IMG/VR virus record: IMGVR_UViG_3300021431_000086 | Span: 61,932-125,931 of that record | Reading direction: 5' to 3' (one strand) | Source of the DNA: a virus | Lineage: Duplodnaviria > Caudoviricetes | DNA: 64,000 nt | In this document: positions 38,628 to 47,726 of the stretch, in pieces | Layout: each line of letters opens with the position of its first letter | Numbering within the stretch: the stretch's first letter is position 1 | The notes under the pieces: generated by a model | Told to the model about the DNA's origin: nothing | What the model saw: only the letters and a program-made list of their open reading frames with translations | Databases searched by the model: none | Position numbers and translations under genes: made by a program

Positions 38628-38972
38628 ATGGGATGTTATGCTAATATACCAACCAATATCAACGGGATTCCCTACCTGCGCACGAGCAACACTACCGTAG
38701 GCACTGCGACGGTTGACCTCGCTCTCGGTTCGTATCGCCGTCCGCTTCCTCCCGTTGGCTACTTCACGGTGCGTATCGCCGATTCCATCCCGACGGGCAC
38801 GACACCAACGCTGCCCGTCACCTTGACGCGGAACGGTACGACCCGTGCGCTCACCCTCTTCGATGGAACTGCAGTAACCGTGGCTGACCTCATCGGCGGC
38901 ACTGGAGTCTTCCTCGTATTCAACGATGCGGAGAACGGCATCCTCCAGCTGATGAGTCGCACCGTGGTCTGA
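38628..38972 (+). CDS. Small beta-rich hypothetical protein
   Basis: 114 aa, Thr/Val-rich. Confidence 0.75.
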   Translation: MGCYANIPTNINGIPYLRTSNTTVGTATVDLALGSYRRPLPPVGYFTVRIADSIPTGTTPTLPVTLTRNGTTRALTLFDGTAVTVADLIGGTGVFLVFNDAENGILQLMSRTVV

Positions 38973-39033
38973 CAGCCACTGTGCCCGTCGCATCAGCGGC
39001 GGGATAGTATTAACAAACAAAAAGCAATAACAA

Positions 39034-39603
39034 ATGGATTTCCAAAGCCTAAAACAAGGCTCGCCCATCTACATCCTTCAGGAGGGTGGCACCGAACCGC
39101 AACTCACCATCGCAACGGTGGTGAACAAACCCGAACCCAAGCCCATGTACATGACGCAGACACCTGGAGCAACCCCTGGCATCTATGCCGGCACCAACAT
39201 GATGCAACCCGTCGTGGAGGTAGTTGCCCGCGTAGGTAATGAGGACATTCCGTTCTCGAACCTGACTCCAACCGCTTCATCTGCCACATACAACAACGGG
39301 CAGACCACCATCAGTTGCACTACCGAGGGAATGTTGCCTGCCGTCGATTCCATGATGCAGAAGAGCCGTAAGCACATCGAGGAAAACCCCTATCACGAGG
39401 CAGTGCTGGTGAAAGGAAAGGAGTTCCTGATGTCGCTTAATCCCCGCTATAAGGAGGAGGAAGAGCAGAAGCAGGACATCGCCAACCTGAAGGGTCAGAT
39501 GGGTGACGTGGTGAACACGATGAACACCATGATGTCCATGATGCAGGATCTGAACAAAAAGATTTCAGGCTCCTCATCAAAAGGCAAACGGGAATCCGAC
39601 TAA
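39034..39603 (+). CDS. Hypothetical protein (beta N-terminus + Met-rich coiled coil)
   Basis: 189 aa. Confidence 0.75.
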   Translation: MDFQSLKQGSPIYILQEGGTEPQLTIATVVNKPEPKPMYMTQTPGATPGIYAGTNMMQPVVEVVARVGNEDIPFSNLTPTASSATYNNGQTTISCTTEGMLPAVDSMMQKSRKHIEENPYHEAVLVKGKEFLMSLNPRYKEEEEQKQDIANLKGQMGDVVNTMNTMMSMMQDLNKKISGSSSKGKRESD

Positions 39604-39618
39604 ACACCCCTTACGACT

Positions 39619-39921
39619 ATGATTTTCGGTATAGAATTTCGCGACGAGCACGACAAGCAGGAACTCGTCGAGAAGGCACAGGCTGCCAAGGAAGCGGTTT
39701 GTGACCTCTGGGAGAAGATGGCCGAACACATGCCCGAGCTTCAGCAACTGCAGGAGCGTGGTGGCCGCTATCGTGGCGGCTACGGCATGGGCTGGAATGG
39801 TAACGTAGGCTATCGCAACTACGGCGGTGGCATGAACTACGGCGGCGGCAACTACCGCGAAGGCGGCATGTACCGCGAGAACCCGGCTTACACCGGCTAC
39901 GGTGACCGTCGCGGCTACTAA
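39619..39921 (+). CDS. Helical N-terminus + RGG/YGG low-complexity protein
   Basis: ERGGRYRGGYGMG...NYGGGMNYGGGNYREGG. Confidence 0.75.
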   Translation: MIFGIEFRDEHDKQELVEKAQAAKEAVCDLWEKMAEHMPELQQLQERGGRYRGGYGMGWNGNVGYRNYGGGMNYGGGNYREGGMYRENPAYTGYGDRRGY

Positions 39922-40067
39922 GCCCCAGCGGTTGAGCACCGTGCCCGGCGGTTCTCCGTCGGGCCTCTCCCTCCCCGGAGCGGGCGGCGCATCGCCGCCG
40001 CCCCCTCCACTTTTCTCAATCATCGTCATGTATGCTGCGATGACATCGCAGCCCAAATAAAACAACT

Positions 40068-40487
40068 ATGGAAAATCTCCGCCAATACGACATCATGCCG
40101 GAACCGCTGCGCAAGTACCTTGCTCAGTACGGCCACCACTTTTCAAAGCCACTCTGCGACTACGCCGTGTCCCTTATGAAGAAAGCAGGACCAGACGGGA
40201 AACCGCAAGCCATCACGCCAATGACGCGCGAGGAAGTAGAGAACCTCCTCAAAACAAACGGCGTAGAGTTGAAAAACAACGTCCTCTACGACCACGTGTT
40301 TGTCGCCAATATGGTAAAGTCCGACCAACTCGGCTCCAGCGTCCCAGATGCCAAGCATCACGCCCTCGCCATCCGCGACTACATAGATGACATCGACAAG
40401 GCCGAAGGCTATATCTTCGACCGCTGGATGTCCGACCTTTGCGGCCTCGGCCCAAAATATATCCCTTATTGGGAAGACATGATATAG
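40068..40487 (+). CDS. Hypothetical helical protein
   Basis: 139 aa; YG.HFSK.LC.YAVS.M and DYIDDID. Confidence 0.75.
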   Translation: MENLRQYDIMPEPLRKYLAQYGHHFSKPLCDYAVSLMKKAGPDGKPQAITPMTREEVENLLKTNGVELKNNVLYDHVFVANMVKSDQLGSSVPDAKHHALAIRDYIDDIDKAEGYIFDRWMSDLCGLGPKYIPYWEDMI

Positions 40488-40587
40488 ATTTACGATTTGA
40501 CGATTTACAAATTACCAACCGCAAGTAAATCGTCAAATAATCAAATCGTAAATAAATAGTAAATTGCAAATTGGCAAATCGTAAATG
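40488..40587. repeat. Inverted arrays of ~8-bp ATTTACG/CGTAAAT repeats (REP-like hairpin)
   Basis: atttacgatttgacgatttac ... gtaaatcgtcaaat...aaatcgtaaat. Confidence 0.6.
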
Positions 40588-40971
40588 ATAAGGGATTATC
40601 TCGACATAGACTCCCACTGGGGCATCCTCGCTTATTACGATGCCACCCCTTCCGACTTCTCACAGCTCGGCCCCATTCTCCGTGAGTTCGGTTGTCCTGA
40701 GCAGGAAATCGAAAAAGCATGGCACACCCTCCACCGTCCCAACAAAGCCTTCGTGTGGAACGCGCCCTGGACACGCATGTCTGTCATGGTCGTCTCGCCC
40801 GTCACTCATCCTGCTCAGTTCCTCAACAGCTTCATGCACGAGACCGATCACCTGCAGGATGCCATTCTCTCCTATTACCGCGTTCCGCAAGGTACTGAGG
40901 ATGCCGCCTACCTTCAAGGCTACATCGGGCAGATAGCCTATGATGCCATCTTGCCCTTGCTATGCCCTTAG
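40585..40971 (+). CDS. HExxH (zincin-like) small protein
   Basis: FMHETDHL plus downstream EDAAYLQG. Confidence 0.65.
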   Translation: MIRDYLDIDSHWGILAYYDATPSDFSQLGPILREFGCPEQEIEKAWHTLHRPNKAFVWNAPWTRMSVMVVSPVTHPAQFLNSFMHETDHLQDAILSYYRVPQGTEDAAYLQGYIGQIAYDAILPLLCP

Positions 40972-41002
40972 TGCGCTTTGCGGTGTCCCCACAAAGATTC
41001 CC

Positions 41003-41037
41003 TGCCCTTGATTTTTTCCCTGTATTTTGCGATTTTG
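41003..41037 (+). promoter_or_regulatory. Late-promoter motif copy
   Basis: TGCCCTTGA-N23-TTG ending 13 nt before the ATG at 41051. Confidence 0.6.
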
Positions 41038-41050
41038 TCGCAAAAAAGAT

Positions 41051-41533
41051 ATGAACAACTGCAAAGAATTTATCCTCGATGACGTGATGGCTATCACCGC
41101 CATCCCCGTCACCGATTTCTTCCCCAGCACAGCCACCTGGCAACTTACGCCCACCATAGAAGCCGACCTCTTCTCCCCTAACCTCACCAACGCAATCACC
41201 ATCGGCCTTCAAGCCGCCACGACTGGCGCCACACTCATCCCCATCATGCGCAAGACAGGCAAAGCCAAGGATGACGAGTCTGACAGTACCGCAGGCCGCC
41301 TCCATACCGTCACCGTCACATGCGAAGCCGACGACCGCGACCTGTCCGTATGGAACGACCTTCTCTCCCTGGAGCGCACAACATCCCACCTCCTTCTCAC
41401 CTTCCGCGACCAGAGCCGCGCTTTCGTCCAAGCCACTGAGGACACCTACCTCTGTAACGTAGAACGCGACGGAAGCAAAACCTCCGTCGCATTCCAGGTG
41501 CAAAACATCATGGGCATCCAGATGATAGTGTAA
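41051..41533 (+). CDS. Beta-rich hypothetical protein, possibly structural
   Basis: 160 aa from ATG 41051, preceded by the late motif. Confidence 0.6.
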   Translation: MNNCKEFILDDVMAITAIPVTDFFPSTATWQLTPTIEADLFSPNLTNAITIGLQAATTGATLIPIMRKTGKAKDDESDSTAGRLHTVTVTCEADDRDLSVWNDLLSLERTTSHLLLTFRDQSRAFVQATEDTYLCNVERDGSKTSVAFQVQNIMGIQMIV

Positions 41534-41580
41534 CCACTGCGCTTGCGATTTTTCACTCTTCACTTCCCTTTCAGCCAACA

Positions 41581-41700
41581 CAACAGCTTTTCGCACTCCG
41601 CAACCACTCTCCGCAGGAGAGCCCCCAAAAAGACTTTTCACGTGGCTATTCCTACCCCTTGGGAGTTGCTGAACGGGGACAAAACGCAGCCGAGCCCTAA
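41581..41700 (+). pseudogene. Remnant 3' end of a paralogous repressor gene
   Basis: 41612-41674 is 53/63 identical to 36748-36810; QESPQKDFSRGYSYPLGVAE vs QEHPQKEISHGCSYHMGVAE. Confidence 0.75.
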
Positions 41701-41702
41701 AA

Positions 41703-41795
41703 CAAAAACCGCCCCTCGCTATCACAGCGAAGGACGGCAAAACTCAAAATCACTATAGTTATGAAAACTATGGTGTGCTTTCACGCGCACACGCA
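41703..41795 (-). ncRNA. Candidate 3'-end sRNA B with anti-translation-start sequence and terminator
   Basis: Two hairpins, AUAGUGAUUUUGAGUUUUG, then GCCGTCCTTCGCT-GTGAT-AGCGAGGGGCGG-TTTTT. Confidence 0.55.
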
Positions 41796-41815
41796 CGTTA
41801 TGTATATAGGTAATG

Positions 41816-42304
41816 TCATTGATTATATGGTGTCACCTTCATGTCGAAATCCGTTCCGTTGTACCTTTCGACCACAAATCGCACGTAACCCTTCCCCGAT
41901 TTTAAGTACTTTATGATTTTGCGGATGTCCTTTCGCCCGAACATATAGTAATCGGCGGTCGCTATGTATTGCCCCATGTGATTATCCTCTGGCAGGAGAT
42001 GCACTGTCACCATTTTCTGCATATTCCCTTGTTCGTCGTAAAATCCTGCCTTGACCGGAACAAATACAGAACCAGAAGAAACCCACGTCCTGAACATTCC
42101 TTTCTCGGTGATAAGCCGGAAATCCGCTTTATCCCAGTCCCAGATAACCATAGAGCCAACTCCTGCGACATCATAAATATACACATCCTTGGCTTCCTGC
42201 CCCTTCATAGGGTCGGCCTCACGATGCGAAACATTCCACACTCCCTGTGCGCTTGCTGTCAGCACCGCTAACAGCATCAGCGCGATTGTCAATAACTTCT
42301 TCAT
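41816..42304 (-). CDS. Secreted hypothetical protein
   Basis: Sec signal MKKLLTIALMLLAVLTASA. Confidence 0.7.
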   Translation of the reverse strand: MKKLLTIALMLLAVLTASAQGVWNVSHREADPMKGQEAKDVYIYDVAGVGSMVIWDWDKADFRLITEKGMFRTWVSSGSVFVPVKAGFYDEQGNMQKMVTVHLLPEDNHMGQYIATADYYMFGRKDIRKIIKYLKSGKGYVRFVVERYNGTDFDMKVTPYNQ

Positions 42305-42419
42305 AGTTGTTTCAGATTTTATTTGTCATTATTCATTTTTTACGACCCAAAGCAGACCGTTGCCAACTCATTGGGATGTACGTCCAGTTGCTCAAATAGT
42401 TTCATAGTCGTTATTTGTT

Positions 42420-42791
42420 TTAGTGATACATTTTTCCTACAATCCCGTCGTTAAGGTCCTGCCAGATTTTTACCTCGCGCTCATCTTCACGGGTCAAAGA
42501 ATTAAACTCAATGCCGTCGATGCTGTAGAACATAGCCTTGTCACCAATGCCATACCCGGACATACGGATGCGCAGACTGTTGCTTGGGAGCTTGGGACAA
42601 TCCGTCTTATAGATGGTCAATCTATTTCGACTTTGCCAATGCCCTTTCATTATTCCTACATACACACTGCCGTCGTATGGTTTTAATCCACACTCTTGAT
42701 AGTATGTTTCCAGAAATTGCCTTATTCCTTCCTCCGTAATCGCATCGCGATTATTCAGTAAGGCAATCAGTTTATCTTTGAGCTTTCCCAT
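42420..42791 (-). CDS. Hypothetical protein
   Basis: 123 aa. Confidence 0.6.
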   Translation of the reverse strand: MGKLKDKLIALLNNRDAITEEGIRQFLETYYQECGLKPYDGSVYVGIMKGHWQSRNRLTIYKTDCPKLPSNSLRIRMSGYGIGDKAMFYSIDGIEFNSLTREDEREVKIWQDLNDGIVGKMYH

Positions 42792-42845
42792 AATACTTTC
42801 TTGCTATTATTCGTTTTATTCGTTCAATTTATACTGCACTCAAAT

Positions 42846-42892
42846 TCCCGTAACACTGCACACAAATTTCTGTTTGCGTGCAGTGTTACGGA
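42846..42892. repeat. Long intergenic palindrome
   Basis: ccgtaacactgcac.caaa / tttg.gtgcagtgttacgg. Confidence 0.7.
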
Positions 42893-43067
42893 ATTTTCAT
42901 TCGCGCCTCACTTCCCCTTCAGCCACGCCAATAGCAGGATGATGGCCAGAATCCAGTTCTCGCCCGTGCTGTCCTCGCCGCCGGCGGAGCAGGATGCCAC
43001 ACAGAGGATAACGAGGAAGATGACTACACACAGACTGATGATACTTTCTTTCATAGTTGTTATGGTT

Positions 43068-43244
43068 TTACCAGTGTTTTACCAATTTGCCAATCTCGTC
43101 ATAGAGGTCCATGCAGATGAGTACGGGCACCGCATCGGATACATGCTCAGCCGCCGCAATAGCCTCTTGGTCATTCTGCGCCTCTATGGTTCTCTCCACC
43201 GACATCGGTGCCAGTTCAGAGAGCATGGATAGTTTGTAGGTCAT
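43068..43244 (-). CDS. Small hypothetical protein
   Basis: 58 aa, packed. Confidence 0.5.
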   Translation of the reverse strand: MTYKLSMLSELAPMSVERTIEAQNDQEAIAAAEHVSDAVPVLICMDLYDEIGKLVKHW

Positions 43245-43246
43245 AA

Positions 43247-43738
43247 TCAGAAGATTCTCAAAGCTCCGCTCGGACACCATGCCGTACCATACTGCCGGTC
43301 AATTTCGGCAAGGTACTTCTCGATGTCCGAGTTCAGTTGCTCCAGTTCATCATAGATGCGGGAGTATTCCTCGTTCCACTTCTCCTGCCATTCATCGGTG
43401 CCCGACTCCGGCCAGTCTTCAATCTCCAGCAGCTCGTCGATGTCGTCGATGTCGATATAGTCGCCATCGCCCGTCGGGATGCAGGGGACTGGCGTCAGTC
43501 CGCTTTCCTTGATGGCAGCATTAGCCACCACCAGTTGCGCCTTGATGCGCAGGTCATCGGAGCGCGTCACGGCGTCCATGTTTGTGTGCAGTTCGTGACG
43601 CAGACGGCACAGGTCGGAGATGAGTCCCGCCTGTTCCTCCGTCATCCCGTGCTCAACGGCCACCACCTCATTGTCGGCATTCCTACGCTCCGCACTCTCG
43701 CGGCGATAAGCGTATTGTTCCTTATTCAAGTATGCCAT
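43247..43738 (-). CDS. Acidic hypothetical protein
   Basis: 163 aa. Confidence 0.7.
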   Translation of the reverse strand: MAYLNKEQYAYRRESAERRNADNEVVAVEHGMTEEQAGLISDLCRLRHELHTNMDAVTRSDDLRIKAQLVVANAAIKESGLTPVPCIPTGDGDYIDIDDIDELLEIEDWPESGTDEWQEKWNEEYSRIYDELEQLNSDIEKYLAEIDRQYGTAWCPSGALRIF

Positions 43739-43756
43739 AACAAGTCCTCCTTTCTT

Positions 43757-44500
43757 TTAGATTTCACCATTGCGTTTCCACTCTTCCCACTTCTCCACGC
43801 TGTATCCATCGTCGGTCTTTACGCCGAGGAAGGTGCAGTCGTAGCCCTTGGAGGTCATTTCTGCACATGATTGCAACACACCCCAGTCACCACGGTGTCT
43901 CATACGGCTCGTTTCAAGTTCTTCGGGGTGTTCCCTGATGTAGTTGCGAGCCTTGTCATAGGCATCAGCCCCACTGTTGGCAATCACATTGCCCTCGAAG
44001 GTAGTGTCCTCAAAATAGTCGTTGCCATGACTGGCGAATACATATATTGTCAGTTCGAGTTCCACATGCCACCAGCCCTTTTTCGGCTCCATGAGTTCTG
44101 CCATGCGGCGCTGCTTGGCTTCCTCTGCCAGTCGCAGACGCTCCTTACGCGCTGCCTCGCGACGCTCGTTGTAGATGCGTTCATGCTCCTCGATAGTGTC
44201 GGCCAGGGCCGGATGGAAAACAATATCCCACGCTCCGCAGCCGGTGGTGCGGAAGCCGGCGTAGGTGCGAGGCACACCTCTGGGATCGGTGCCGAAGCCG
44301 TCGCGGAACAGGTCGCGGATTTTCTCTGCCGTCCGCTCGTTCACCACGATGCAGTCCGTCGATGTCTTCCTGCCGTAGGTCTTCCAGGTGTTGATGACTG
44401 CAATAGCCTCTTCTGCTGTGTGTGCTATTGCCTTGTAGGGAATGTAGGTGTTCCCGTTGTTGGCACGTCCGCCATAGGTAATGCAAAATACGTTTGCCAT
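43757..44500 (-). CDS. Hypothetical protein
   Basis: 247 aa. Confidence 0.7.
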   Translation of the reverse strand: MANVFCITYGGRANNGNTYIPYKAIAHTAEEAIAVINTWKTYGRKTSTDCIVVNERTAEKIRDLFRDGFGTDPRGVPRTYAGFRTTGCGAWDIVFHPALADTIEEHERIYNERREAARKERLRLAEEAKQRRMAELMEPKKGWWHVELELTIYVFASHGNDYFEDTTFEGNVIANSGADAYDKARNYIREHPEELETSRMRHRGDWGVLQSCAEMTSKGYDCTFLGVKTDDGYSVEKWEEWKRNGEI

Positions 44501-44788
44501 AATGTTTAACTGTTTAACCGATCAGTCCGGGGTCTTAAACTGTGATTACTTGTTGTAGCGTTTGCAAATTTCGTGTTTTATCTCGATATAGACAAGCGCT
44601 TTGACGTTTTATTTGCCATTCTGTGTTGCAGAACATATTCTAAGCCCTCCTGCTGGAGGTCATTCTCCTGTTATTGACTACAGCCAACAGATACAATGCC
44701 CCAAACAGGGCCGTTATCATACACATTTCCATGATGTCATTCATAGGTCTCATTTTTTAATTCATAATTCATAATGCACAATGCACAA

Positions 44789-44977
44789 TTATTCAGCATG
44801 TTTCACAATCTTCAGCCCGGCGGGGTAGAACGTGTCGAAGCCGTCGAAGGCTTCCTCCGTGTCCTCGATGGTGAAGTCATAGAGTGTGCCGTCCTCGTCC
44901 TCCACGAGGATTTCGGCTTCCGGCTCCAGCTCCGCTGCGCGTTCCTGAAGGCGGTCGATGAATTTGTAGATGTTCAT
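44789..44977 (-). CDS. Small very acidic protein
   Basis: 62 aa, D/E-rich. Confidence 0.6.
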   Translation of the reverse strand: MNIYKFIDRLQERAAELEPEAEILVEDEDGTLYDFTIEDTEEAFDGFDTFYPAGLKIVKHAE

Positions 44978-45252
44978 ACTTTCATGGGTTTAATTGTTCC
45001 GTTGTTGATATTCTCATACACATTTTCCGGCCATACAAAGCGCCCGGACTGGCTGGGAAGAACAAGCAGGAAATAAGCTGTCCAATACTCATCCGTCGGG
45101 GCTTTCGCCTCAATCTTTTGGATATGCACTTCATTGCCGATACGGGCGAAATGTTCACAGAAGCGAGGCTGCTCCTTCCAACGACGCTCGCAGTAGCGGT
45201 TCAGGGCATCCCATCCCTTGATGACTGCGTGAAATTTTGGGTTAAAGTCCAT
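44974..45252 (-). CDS. Hypothetical protein, paralogue of 45543-45824
   Basis: YCERRWK...RFCEHFA. Confidence 0.65.
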   Translation of the reverse strand: MDFNPKFHAVIKGWDALNRYCERRWKEQPRFCEHFARIGNEVHIQKIEAKAPTDEYWTAYFLLVLPSQSGRFVWPENVYENINNGTIKPMKV

Positions 45253-45263
45253 AGCCAATTTTA

Positions 45264-45536
45264 CTATTTAATGATTTCAATATCCTTGATGTAATCAATC
45301 CTACCGTCAATATAATTTACTTGAACGCTCAGGTTCTCGTCCGTAGGGCGATTGTCTGCGTCAATGTTACCCCAAACGGAAACCCCGTAGTTCAAATTAT
45401 CAACGAACACATTGTGGCATCGCCAACAATATGGTTCGTCAACGTCAACGTCCTCCACTCTCACCATGCAGGTAAGTTCTTCATTTGCTCCTGGAGCAAA
45501 GAACTTGAAATAAAGTTTGTCTTTAATCTTTCCCAT
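45264..45536 (-). CDS. Hypothetical protein
   Basis: 90 aa. Confidence 0.6.
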   Translation of the reverse strand: MGKIKDKLYFKFFAPGANEELTCMVRVEDVDVDEPYCWRCHNVFVDNLNYGVSVWGNIDADNRPTDENLSVQVNYIDGRIDYIKDIEIIK

Positions 45537-45542
45537 AAGTTT

Positions 45543-45824
45543 TCACTTAATCAATTTTACTGTTCCTTCACTGATTTCCCTTTTCACCATCGTGGCGATG
45601 TCGTTGTGCCAGCATAGACCCGTGTCGCGGTTGGTGGGCATAGTCATCAGGAAATACTCTGTGTAGCCGTCGTCAGTGGGCGACTTCTCATAGAAGCGTT
45701 CCACCGTCACGTCCTCGATGTGTGCAAAGCTCTCGCAGAACCTCGCCCGCTGTTTCCAGCGACGCTGGCAGTAAGCGTCAAATGCCCGCTCGCCGCGAAT
45801 TACTCCGTAAGTCAGTTGTGCCAT
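45543..45824 (-). CDS. Hypothetical protein, paralogue of 44974-45252
   Basis: YCQRRWK...RFCESFA. Confidence 0.65.
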   Translation of the reverse strand: MAQLTYGVIRGERAFDAYCQRRWKQRARFCESFAHIEDVTVERFYEKSPTDDGYTEYFLMTMPTNRDTGLCWHNDIATMVKREISEGTVKLIK

Positions 45825-45893
45825 AGTCTTTTCTTGTTTGCTTTCCTTTCATCCAGCAAAGTAACAACAAAATTGCAATAAACCAGTTTTCTG

Positions 45894-46103
45894 TCATGCG
45901 ATATTTCTTTTAACGGTTAAAAACTCAATGTTTGCTTCTCTCACACAGCGGCGACGTGCCTTGTAGCCGTTGCTCTTCAGCAGGCGCATCTGGCTACGCA
46001 TCTCCGCCTTTTCCTGCGGCACGGCTTCGGCATAGTCTATGCCGTTCCATTCCTTCCATTCGCCGTCCACTTGTACGTCGATGGTGTAGATCTTACTTTT
46101 CAT
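45894..46103 (-). CDS. Hypothetical protein
   Basis: 69 aa. Confidence 0.55.
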   Translation of the reverse strand: MKSKIYTIDVQVDGEWKEWNGIDYAEAVPQEKAEMRSQMRLLKSNGYKARRRCVREANIEFLTVKRNIA

Positions 46104-46358
46104 TCTTCACTTTTAACTTTTCACTTTTCACTATACTTATCCCGTTCCGTCGGGCTTTCTCATAGAAGTTCTGTCGCACCTCGTCGGTAGGAAGCCATGC
46201 GAGTGTGCGTTGCTCCCTACCATCGGGTGACATAAGTGTAAGTCCGTAAACCCCATCCATAATCCATCACTTTACACCGCATTTCATTGCGGCAAGGATC
46301 ATAATGATTGCAAGAATCCAATTTTCAACCATAGTTCTTCTTTTTAAAAGTTAAACAT

Positions 46359-46592
46359 TTACAGTTCAAGATTGCACCGTGTATCGTCGCACCAGTTCGT
46401 AAGGTCGCCAGACGCTTCCTGCAGGTTATCCGCGGCCTCCTGTATAGACATGGCACGTTCGCTTTCATTCAGATTGTCCGGTATGTTATCATACTTCTCC
46501 TGTTCTTCTTCGGCCATCTCTTGTATTTCCGTTGCGATGCCTTCAACCTGTTCTATAAGTTCATTCAGGCGTTTTCGTTGTTCCTTGTTCAT
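46359..46592 (-). CDS. Acidic helical hypothetical protein
   Basis: MNKEQRKRL...EEQEKYDNIPDNL. Confidence 0.7.
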   Translation of the reverse strand: MNKEQRKRLNELIEQVEGIATEIQEMAEEEQEKYDNIPDNLNESERAMSIQEAADNLQEASGDLTNWCDDTRCNLEL

Positions 46593-46886
46593 GCTGGTTT
46601 TCAATTTTTGTTAAACATAGTCTATTTTCTCTCTCAACCTGTGCTGCCAGATCCTCGATAATATACTGTGCAGCCTGGTGCTCTCTATTTATGTAATCCA
46701 TAATCGTTTTATTCTTTTTTTAGCTTAACGTGTAACACTTTCCTTATTCTGTCATGCAGCTTGTAACCCGTGTGAAAGTCATTATCTGCACGCCTTGCGC
46801 AATCCTTCCACTTGTCAAGAAGCCTGTCCAGAAGAAGAAGTTCACTCAAATCCTCAATAATAAGTTTTTCTTCCATAGTTTTAAAT

Positions 46887-47150
46887 TTAGTGGGTTAGTT
46901 GTAAGCAGATGTCATATAGGTCGTCGGCCGTTAATTTATCAACGGCAACCAACTCGTTATCACAATCATCAAACATGAAAAGATTTTTGTCCTCGTTGTA
47001 CTTGATAACACGTAGTTCATTGCCAAACTCTATGCGGTCGTAATACTCGATACTACCTTTCGCCTCCACTACATCTGTAATAGCGGTGATCATTTTTTCT
47101 CGTGCTTGGGAGAGTAAGTCATAACCCTCTTTGATTAAGTCTTGTGTCAT
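46887..47150 (-). CDS. Hypothetical protein
   Basis: 87 aa. Confidence 0.55.
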   Translation of the reverse strand: MTQDLIKEGYDLLSQAREKMITAITDVVEAKGSIEYYDRIEFGNELRVIKYNEDKNLFMFDDCDNELVAVDKLTADDLYDICLQLTH

Positions 47151-47199
47151 AGCCACTGTGATTGTAAATACTCGGCCAACTTAGCCATATTATTTCCAT

Positions 47200-47475
47200 T
47201 TATAGTTTATTTCCGTTTCTGTCATACAGACGAATAGGATTACCATTATTGTCGTGTAAGCTGCCGTCTGGCTCCACTACAACAATTGGTGGAAGGAAAC
47301 CATACCTCCTACTTATTTCGATTTGCTTACCAAAGGTCAGTTGCTTTGCCTCTATTACAGCTTCTTCGAGAGTGACACAATAGTGCATCTCTCTCGATGT
47401 CCTTCTCCATTTTTTTCCATCAGACAACTTCATTTCCCGACCTCCATTGTCTAAAAAAAAGTAATTCCATGCCAT
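47200..47475 (-). CDS. Hypothetical protein
   Basis: 91 aa. Confidence 0.55.
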   Translation of the reverse strand: MAWNYFFLDNGGREMKLSDGKKWRRTSREMHYCVTLEEAVIEAKQLTFGKQIEISRRYGFLPPIVVVEPDGSLHDNNGNPIRLYDRNGNKL

Positions 47476-47486
47476 AATCGTTTTTG

Positions 47487-47663
47487 TTATTGGTTAATTC
47501 TCTCTCCTGTCCTACGGTCGATGTAGCACTCACAAATGGTGTCGAAAGGTCCCGCATCGCGCTCTTTATGTGAACAATAGTAACTGTGGTAGCCAGTACA
47601 TCCAAAGTGTTGACAATCCTCGCAAGTTGCTTTGACACCAGGGAAAAATGTTGCTTTATTCAT
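47487..47663 (-). CDS. Small Cys-rich protein
   Basis: CEDCQHF...C...CEC. Confidence 0.5.
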   Translation of the reverse strand: MNKATFFPGVKATCEDCQHFGCTGYHSYYCSHKERDAGPFDTICECYIDRRTGERINQ

Positions 47664-47680
47664 AGTCGTTTTTGTTTTAG

Positions 47681-47725
47681 TGGGCTTCGCCCAGAAATTA
47701 TACAAAATCTTTTCAAAATCTCACA
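47681..47725 (+). repeat. Early-region repeat, orientation A, copy 1
   Basis: 47681-47698 is the exact reverse complement of 51122-51139; 47695-47725 is identical to 48384-48414. Confidence 0.85.
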
Positions 47726-47726
47726 T

